A stretch of DNA of 64,000 nt, from IMG/VR virus record IMGVR_UViG_2926471356_000005, positions 16,798 through 80,797 of that record; one strand, given 5' to 3'. Under the pieces are notes generated by a model. It was not told the origin of the DNA, did not search any database, and worked only from the letters and a program-made list of their open reading frames with translations. The position numbers were made by a program, and so were the translations under genes. This DNA is from a virus (taxonomy: Duplodnaviria; Caudoviricetes). Below are positions 58,299 through 64,000 of the stretch, piece by piece (positions within the stretch are counted from its first letter, which is position 1; the number at the start of each line of letters is the position of its first letter).

Positions 58299-58635
58299 AC
58301 TTTAGGGCAGCAAGGTCGGAAACCGCCGCCCGTACCTCCCCGGCAAGCTGCGGATAGGGACTGTGCCACTCGTTCAGCGTCCGGGCTATCTGGTTTAAGT
58401 TGCCGCCGATCCTCCCGTATTCGGCGGTCAGCTTCCCGACAGCGGCAAGCAGCTCGTCATTGATGGGGGAAACGGTTATGATGGGGCGTATGGCTGCCCC
58501 GGTTATGGCTTGCCGGATAAACTCGGCTTGGCTCATGTGGTAAGCAGAAAGCCGCTGGGCAAACTCGGCGTATTCTTCCTCGGTCATGCGTGTTTTGACT
58601 ACCCGGCTGCGGTGCGGCGTGTTGTATCGTTTCAT
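58240..58635 (-). CDS. mobC: MobC
   Basis: RIGGNLNQIAR. Confidence 0.85.
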   Translation of the reverse strand: MKRYNTPHRSRVVKTRMTEEEYAEFAQRLSAYHMSQAEFIRQAITGAAIRPIITVSPINDELLAAVGKLTAEYGRIGGNLNQIARTLNEWHSPYPQLAGEVRAAVSDLAALKFEVLQKVGDAVGNIQTYQL

Positions 58636-59262
58636 AGGTGGTTGACCTCCTTTCTGTGCGTGGTGTCCTCTCACTAATAGGAGAAAAACAGGGTGTGAAG
58701 CGGAACTGTTTTTGAAAAATCCGAAAAATATTTTGAGGGGTTTTTCAGCGGCGCAAGCCGCATAAGCAGGGTTTGGGGAAGGCACTCCCCAACAAGATTC
58801 CCGCAGGGGCAAAATGAGCGATAAGCGAATTTTGGCACCTCGGTAGAATCTTGCTCTAAGAAACTGCCGGCCTGCCGTTCACTTGCTACTGCCACTTTTT
58901 CAGAAAATCTATAACCAGCTTTTTTTATAAAAGGCTGCGGGCTGGCGTTTTTCCCTTACTCCCTACAAACCACAAAAGAGCAGAATGGACGGACTTTCCG
59001 GCAAGAACTTTTCCGGCGGCTCGGTCTTTCCCGACAATAAGGCGTTTCGGAAGCTGCGTTTTGCCCGCTGTCTGAAAAAAATGGCAGCCTTTTTTGGTTT
59101 CACTGTCTAATACGGAACTTTTGGAAATTTGCCAAAAATGGACGCAAAAAAAGCAGCAAATCTTTTTCGGATTTACTGCTTCATGTGCCGCTGCGGTGCG
59201 GCGGGATGGATATTCAGTTGAAATAAAAGAGGATGGTGGTACTTTAGTCTATCGACTCTTTA

Positions 59263-59751
59263 CTAACTATTAGGTAATCTTGAAAGATTTTCCTTGAATT
59301 TATCTAAAGAATGTTCATTGTTTCCCGCAAAAATAAGTGGAATTGTATATTCATATGATATGCCATTTTCATAGTCCGATAATTGTATTTTTATAGTATC
59401 ATCCCTCTCATCTTTAGGTGCTATATATATGAATGAATTTTTATTTATATCAGATATTTTCCCTTTTTCAGAAGAAACAGTATAACCCCAGTCTGTTAAA
59501 TTTGTCTTTATTGTAACTTCTGTTTCTGTTTCTTTTCTAGTCTGCAATGCTGTTTTATCGATTTGGATATCAAAAGGAGTCGAACCTAACAATTCACTGT
59601 TTATATTTACAAGTTCTTCTCCATTTGTTTTAGAAATATTAGATTCATCTTCATAATTTTGTTGAGATTCATCTTTTGGTGTTTCTCTGTTACATCCTAA
59701 TAAAAAGCATAAAATAATTAGTACTAATACAGAAAGTTGTTTTTTTTGCAT
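59263..59751 (-). CDS. Putative lipoprotein (AT-rich cargo)
   Basis: MQKK + hydrophobic core + LLGC lipobox. Confidence 0.75.
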   Translation of the reverse strand: MQKKQLSVLVLIILCFLLGCNRETPKDESQQNYEDESNISKTNGEELVNINSELLGSTPFDIQIDKTALQTRKETETEVTIKTNLTDWGYTVSSEKGKISDINKNSFIYIAPKDERDDTIKIQLSDYENGISYEYTIPLIFAGNNEHSLDKFKENLSRLPNS

Positions 59752-59865
59752 TTATTTCTCCTTTCATATTATCAAAGAAAGCACTGAGAGTACTTTCAAG
59801 AAATTTTGAAATATTCTCAATGCTTTCTATTTTTTGATTATAAACTTGCCGGTAATGATACTATG

Positions 59866-60171
59866 TTAATTTATCTCTTTCGCGTAACCTTTGTTGCAAT
59901 ATACACATGCACCATTCACCCATTTGTGAGACATTTCAATCGTCTCAACTTCATAAATGCTTACTTCTCCACAAATTAAACATTGTTTGTAATTATATAC
60001 ATGACGTGTCGCACATTTATCCCAGTCATCATATATACCAGGCATTTCATCTTCATATCCATAGTACTGGGGAGAACCCCAACTATGAGTATGAGCGGCA
60101 AATACAGTCATTGGAGCAGCTACAATTCCAGCTACTACTGAAAGTGCTAAAATAGATTTTCTTAAATTCAT
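59866..60171 (-). CDS. Small secreted Cys/His-rich protein
   Basis: Signal peptide ending VFA; HTHSW, CLICG, HKW, CVYC. Confidence 0.75.
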   Translation of the reverse strand: MNLRKSILALSVVAGIVAAPMTVFAAHTHSWGSPQYYGYEDEMPGIYDDWDKCATRHVYNYKQCLICGEVSIYEVETIEMSHKWVNGACVYCNKGYAKEIN

Positions 60172-60350
60172 AAGTTCCTCCCTTTCCTTAAAAATACATA
60201 GCTCTTTGTTACATTGTCATTTTAACATAATAATTGGTAAAATGCAATAATTTATTTTCTATTTACGAGAAAATACTGTGCATATTATCTTATTTAGGAA
60301 TAGTTAAGGCGGCTACCTAAATCTTTTTATTACTTTACCGCACATGAGCA

Positions 60351-60475
60351 TTCGCGCCCGGATTGTCGTTGCCGTAGCCTTCCATGAGGTTAATCACGCC
60401 CCAGATACCAAGCCCGGCTCCAAGTGCTACAACAAGGGTCTGCAAAACGTCTACTGCGCTATTGAAAAATGCCAT
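60351..60475 (-). pseudogene. maff2 5' half
   Basis: MAFFNSAVDVLQTLVVALGAGLGIWGVINLMEGYGNDNPGA. Confidence 0.88.
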
Positions 60476-60886
60476 AAATATATCCTTTCTGCCGCGTCTG
60501 CGGCTGTCCGGCAAGCGGACAAAAGGCGGTCAGCGTATGGTCGCCGCCGCATAAAAAAACCGCCCTCTGGTAAAGGCGGCTGTCCCCGCGCTGCGTAAGT
60601 CCTGCGGCGCGGCGGTATTCAGTTGTAAGGGGTGCGGCTCCTGCCGCTGTGTACTGCGCCGGAAAGTGGGGGCGCGTATCATGTAGCCGGTATGGATAGA
60701 TGTGATTGCTTCAATCGCTCCTTTCTGTGTCCCGCTGTGCTGCCGGACGTTTTTTTCAGACTTGCGGGAAGTGAATAGCTTGCGTAGCAAGGTGTTCGCT
60801 TCCCGCAAGTTCACAAAGGGGTAGCTGCCGCAAGGCAGCGTAGGGGAAGTGTAGCTTCCCCTGTCCCCCGGCGGTCTGCCATGCTG

Positions 60887-61057
60887 TCACTGTTGCGGGA
60901 TAAGCCCCCGGCGCGTGACATACTCCGTTGCAAAACGGCGGTGTTCCGCTTCCTTTTCCCGCCAATACTCCCATAATGCAGCGTCGGCGGCTTCCGCAAC
61001 ATTCATTAAAAACCGTTCAAGCTGCTTTTGTTTTTCCTCTGCGCTACGTTTCCTCAT
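60887..61057 (-). CDS. Small hypothetical protein
   Basis: MRKRSAEEKQKQLERF...; AGGAGG RBS; overlaps virD4 end. Confidence 0.55.
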   Translation of the reverse strand: MRKRSAEEKQKQLERFLMNVAEAADAALWEYWREKEAEHRRFATEYVTRRGLIPQQ

Positions 61058-61886
61058 GGTCTGCGTCCTCCTGTAAGTCTGCTGCGTCAATCTCGTAATA
61101 GTCAAAAACCTCGTCGGGCTTGACAATGGCGGGGCGGCGTTTAAGGTGCTTTTCCATGTCAAAGGCGTTCTTCGGGTCTGCGTCGGATAGGTACTTGTAT
61201 TTCGGGTGTTTCGTTATGTCGAATTTGTCCGAAAAGAACGGGCGCACCCCGCGTAGCTGCAAGATACATTTCCCTCCGTCCATGACTGCGATTTCATCTT
61301 CCGTCATAAGCTGCTTTCCCAATTTCTGATAGTTCAGCCCATGCGAAAGCTCCCGCCCTCTGGTTTCGGAAGTGTTGAAGCTGTCTATCGTTTCCTTGCC
61401 TAAAATCTCCGATATTTCTTTGAGGGTGGTTTTCTCCTTGCCGCCCAAGAAAAGCGTGGTGTCGCAGTTGCCGACTATGGTATCGGCGTTGTCCTTGTAG
61501 ATTGCCTTTAGCTGTGACTGGCTCTGCAAGATGATTGACGCGGAGATTTCCCGGCTCCGTATCGTTGCAATGAGCTTTTCAAACTTTGGTATCTGCCCGA
61601 TATTCGCAAATTCATCAAGTAAGCACCTAACATGGACGGGAAGCCGCCCGCCATATTCATCATCTGCTTTGTCGCATAAAAGGTTGAATAACTGTGTGTA
61701 GAGAATACTCACGACAAAGTTAAAGGTGTCGTCGGTGTCGCTGATAATCACGAAAAGGGCTGTCTTTCTGTCGCCTATGGTGTCAAGCTCCATTTCGTCG
61801 GTTTCCATAAGCTCCCGCAGCTCCTTAATGTCGAATGGGGCTAACCTCGCGCCGCATGAGATAAGTATGCTTTTTGCGGTCTTGCC
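61044..61886 (-). pseudogene. 3' part of VirD4/TraG coupling protein, interrupted
   Basis: GKTAKSILISCGARLAPFDI...LLDEFANIG...QSQSQL; abrupt GC drop at about 61887. Confidence 0.9.
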
Positions 61887-61909
61887 TGTAACAACTTGTC
61901 AAGGACTTT

Positions 61910-62095
61910 CTAATCATTTTTATCGACTTTTTGATGTTTTTCTCTCTCCATTTCTCTAATCATTATGCGTTTTAATTTGTCTTGCATTGTTTCCGTTGCA
62001 TTTTCATTAAAGTGAACAACAACCTCATAGGTTGCTTTACCAATTTTCTTTATGGTTTTTGTTCCCGTATTCTGTTCATTTTTATTTTCGTGCAT
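61910..62095 (-). CDS. TnpW-family protein
   Basis: KKIGKATYEVVVHFNENATETMQDKL. Confidence 0.85.
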   Translation of the reverse strand: MHENKNEQNTGTKTIKKIGKATYEVVVHFNENATETMQDKLKRIMIREMEREKHQKVDKND

Positions 62096-62272
62096 ATATT
62101 TTTCCTCCTGTTTGTTTCGATAAAAAAGACGATTAGATTTTTAATTTTCTAATCGCCTTTAAAGTGTCATATTTATATTTTTATTATCTCTGGCATACTT
62201 TTATACCTTTTTAGACTTAAAGTCTTTAATAGTGCCTTTCCACCTCTTTTTATCTATAAAGATTCTCCTACA

Positions 62273-62989
62273 TCATAGTTCATTTTTTTTATTTCCTCCT
62301 TGATGTCTTAGTTTTTCTTTATCTTCTTCATACCATTTTAAGATTGTCACATAGTGGTTTTGATAGGTCTTACCACTGCTTTCCATGTATCTTGATAGTT
62401 TGTTTATCATTATTTCTGTGTGTGAGTTTAATTTTTCTTTTAGATTTTTATATTCTTCTTTGCTTAGCCTTACATTTTTGAATTCTCCATAAAAGATGGG
62501 GGTGGACTTTTTATCTATCTCTCCCTCTCTCTCTTTATCTTTATCTATCTCTATATCTTTCTCTATCTCTATCTCTTGTCGGACATGGGTTGGACTCATT
62601 AAGGACAATGTCCTCTGTTTATTTTGTCTGTATCTTCTTTTTTTCTCTGCCCAGGCTGTTTCTGATCCGATTAGGTTTGGTATTTCAGTTAAATAATATT
62701 CATCATTTTCTGTTACAACTTCTAATAAGCCTTGATTGATTAAATAATTAACTGTAACCATTACATCATCGTCTGTTTCATCTATGGTTAGTGCTAACTC
62801 TTTTATAAAATCACTTTCTACTCCGTCATAATAGAGTTTGCCCTCATCTTTTAGGCTTAGTAGTAGAAGTTTTAGGTATATTATCGTGTAGGTATCTCCT
62901 CCCGATATTCTCCTTAATCTTTTTATCCTCTTGTCTGTGAAAAATTCTTCTTTTAATTTTATCCAATAATATCTTTTGTTTGTTGCCAT
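62273..62989 (-). CDS. Replisome-organizer-type replication initiator
   Basis: YYWIKLKEEFF...GGDTYTIIYLKLLLLSL. Confidence 0.88.
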   Translation of the reverse strand: MATNKRYYWIKLKEEFFTDKRIKRLRRISGGDTYTIIYLKLLLLSLKDEGKLYYDGVESDFIKELALTIDETDDDVMVTVNYLINQGLLEVVTENDEYYLTEIPNLIGSETAWAEKKRRYRQNKQRTLSLMSPTHVRQEIEIEKDIEIDKDKEREGEIDKKSTPIFYGEFKNVRLSKEEYKNLKEKLNSHTEIMINKLSRYMESSGKTYQNHYVTILKWYEEDKEKLRHQGGNKKNEL

Positions 62990-62999
62990 ATCTGCTCCT

Positions 63000-63068
63000 T
63001 TCTTGATTTTCGATAATCGAAATTCTTGATTTCCGATTTTCGGAATTCTGGACTCCTGCTTTTCGGAA
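63000..63068. repeat. Three imperfect 23-bp tandem repeats upstream of rep
   Basis: TTCTTGATTTTCGATAATCGAAA / TTCTTGATTTCCGATTTTCGGAA / TTCTGGACTCCTGCTTTTCGGAA. Confidence 0.6.
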
Positions 63069-63114
63069 GTCTTGTTATTGTGGTTATTTAAGGATGTAAC
63101 TTTTCGTTACTCCC

Positions 63115-63642
63115 TTAGATTTCTCTGGTCATATCTTTTTTACTTGGTTTTACTTTTTCTTTTACTTTTCTTTTGACTTTCTCTTTTGTCTTATCCTTGT
63201 TCTTGGATAGGTCTTTGTATTTCTTTATTTGCTTTAGGATACTTTCCTTTTCTTTTTTATTTTCCTTGGCTATGACTTGCTTAAAGGCATATTCCATTAC
63301 TTTTATGTCTTTGGCTTGGAAAAATATTTCATAGTTTTGGTTTTCTTTGTTTTTCATTACTGAGAAACTTACTCCAAGTTTGTTTAGTTCTTTTTTTAAG
63401 TCTTTGAGGTCGCTTTGATCTATGCTTATATTTTCTAGTTGTCCTTTCTTGTAGAGGTCTTTTATTTTCATTTCATCGCCCATAAGGCTTTTTAGGTTTC
63501 CATTTGCTTTTTCTAAAGTATCATTCATCTTTTTTCTTATTTCTTTGTCTAAGTTGATTGATTCTTTTGCTGCTTTTATTGTGTATGATATTATGGTTTG
63601 TGCTGCTTGACCCGCTTCTTTGCTTATTTCTTCGTTTATCAT
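63115..63642 (-). CDS. PcfB-family protein
   Basis: LKKELNKLGVSFSVMK...YEIFFQAKD. Confidence 0.8.
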   Translation of the reverse strand: MINEEISKEAGQAAQTIISYTIKAAKESINLDKEIRKKMNDTLEKANGNLKSLMGDEMKIKDLYKKGQLENISIDQSDLKDLKKELNKLGVSFSVMKNKENQNYEIFFQAKDIKVMEYAFKQVIAKENKKEKESILKQIKKYKDLSKNKDKTKEKVKRKVKEKVKPSKKDMTREI

Positions 63643-64000
63643 GTTTTATCTCCTTTGTTTGAGTTAAAAAAAAGGGAAGTATAGGCTTTAATTTTTCTAT
63701 ACTTCCCTTTGCTTGTTTTTATTTTATTGTTCTTGGTGGTGGAATGCTTTATTTTGATGTTTTTATAGCTTACTTAGGTCTTTGTACCTTTTATACTTTT
63801 AAATAGCTTACAATACCTTTCCACCTTTAGTAGTTTATGTGTGTTCTTTTGTCTGATAGATAGTTTTTCATGTTGGAATATAATATCTGCACTTCTTCAT
63901 TGTTCATTGCTTTTATTTCTTCTGTGCTTTTATATGTTTTGTATGTTCCATCTTGATCTGCTTTTATAAGTTCATTTATTAGCTCTTGCCTTTTATTCAT

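Larger units (their letters stand above)
52513..60350 (-). mobile_element. IME-2 inserted in maff2
   Basis: Ends TGCTTATGTGTGATAAAG and (reverse complement) TGCTCATGTGCGGTAAAG, each flanked by TT; removal restores maff2 in frame. Confidence 0.9.
61887..64000 (-). mobile_element. Low-GC IME-like element inserted in virD4, apparently decayed
   Basis: pcfB-rep-tnpW order; no recombinase between tnpW and the junction. Confidence 0.7.

Noticed and set aside
62510-62578. TCTCTA-like microsatellite
   Set aside because: Encodes the low-complexity EIEIEKDIEIDKDKE linker common in replisome organizers

Overview
Firmicutes (Lachnospiraceae/Clostridiales-like) DNA made entirely of nested mobile elements. 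(1) 1-28230: right part of a temperate siphovirus-like prophage (capsid start, scaffold, minor head, portal, terL, terS, primase/helicase, ThyX-like, NrdDG, ERF/YqaJ recombination, B-type DNA polymerase, cro/cI, large serine integrase). It is integrated inside the dnaC/istB-like gene of a mobilisable element (IME-1, 28226-29034). (2) IME-1's serine recombinase gene is itself cut by a Tn1549/CTn-like ICE (29035 to beyond the window) carrying an RlmN/Cfr-family radical-SAM gene. (3) The ICE pilin-like maff2 gene is split by IME-2 (52513-60350), and its virD4 is split by a decayed low-GC element (from about 61887). Most notable: (a) a symmetric module between terL and terS, with an opposite-strand operon (Ocr-like acidic protein, two unknowns, a stand-alone FtsK motor domain), a divergent HTH with five shared operators, GC-rich inverted repeats and two homologous 89-bp palindromes in inverted orientation; (b) an ErmDL-like leader peptide (MLHSMRIR) and attenuator upstream of the RlmN/Cfr-like gene; (c) a 15-nt motif overlapping two late-operon terminators; (d) an out-of-frame G9 tract in a phage PAPS-reductase-family gene. 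All family calls are by motif recognition, without database searches.
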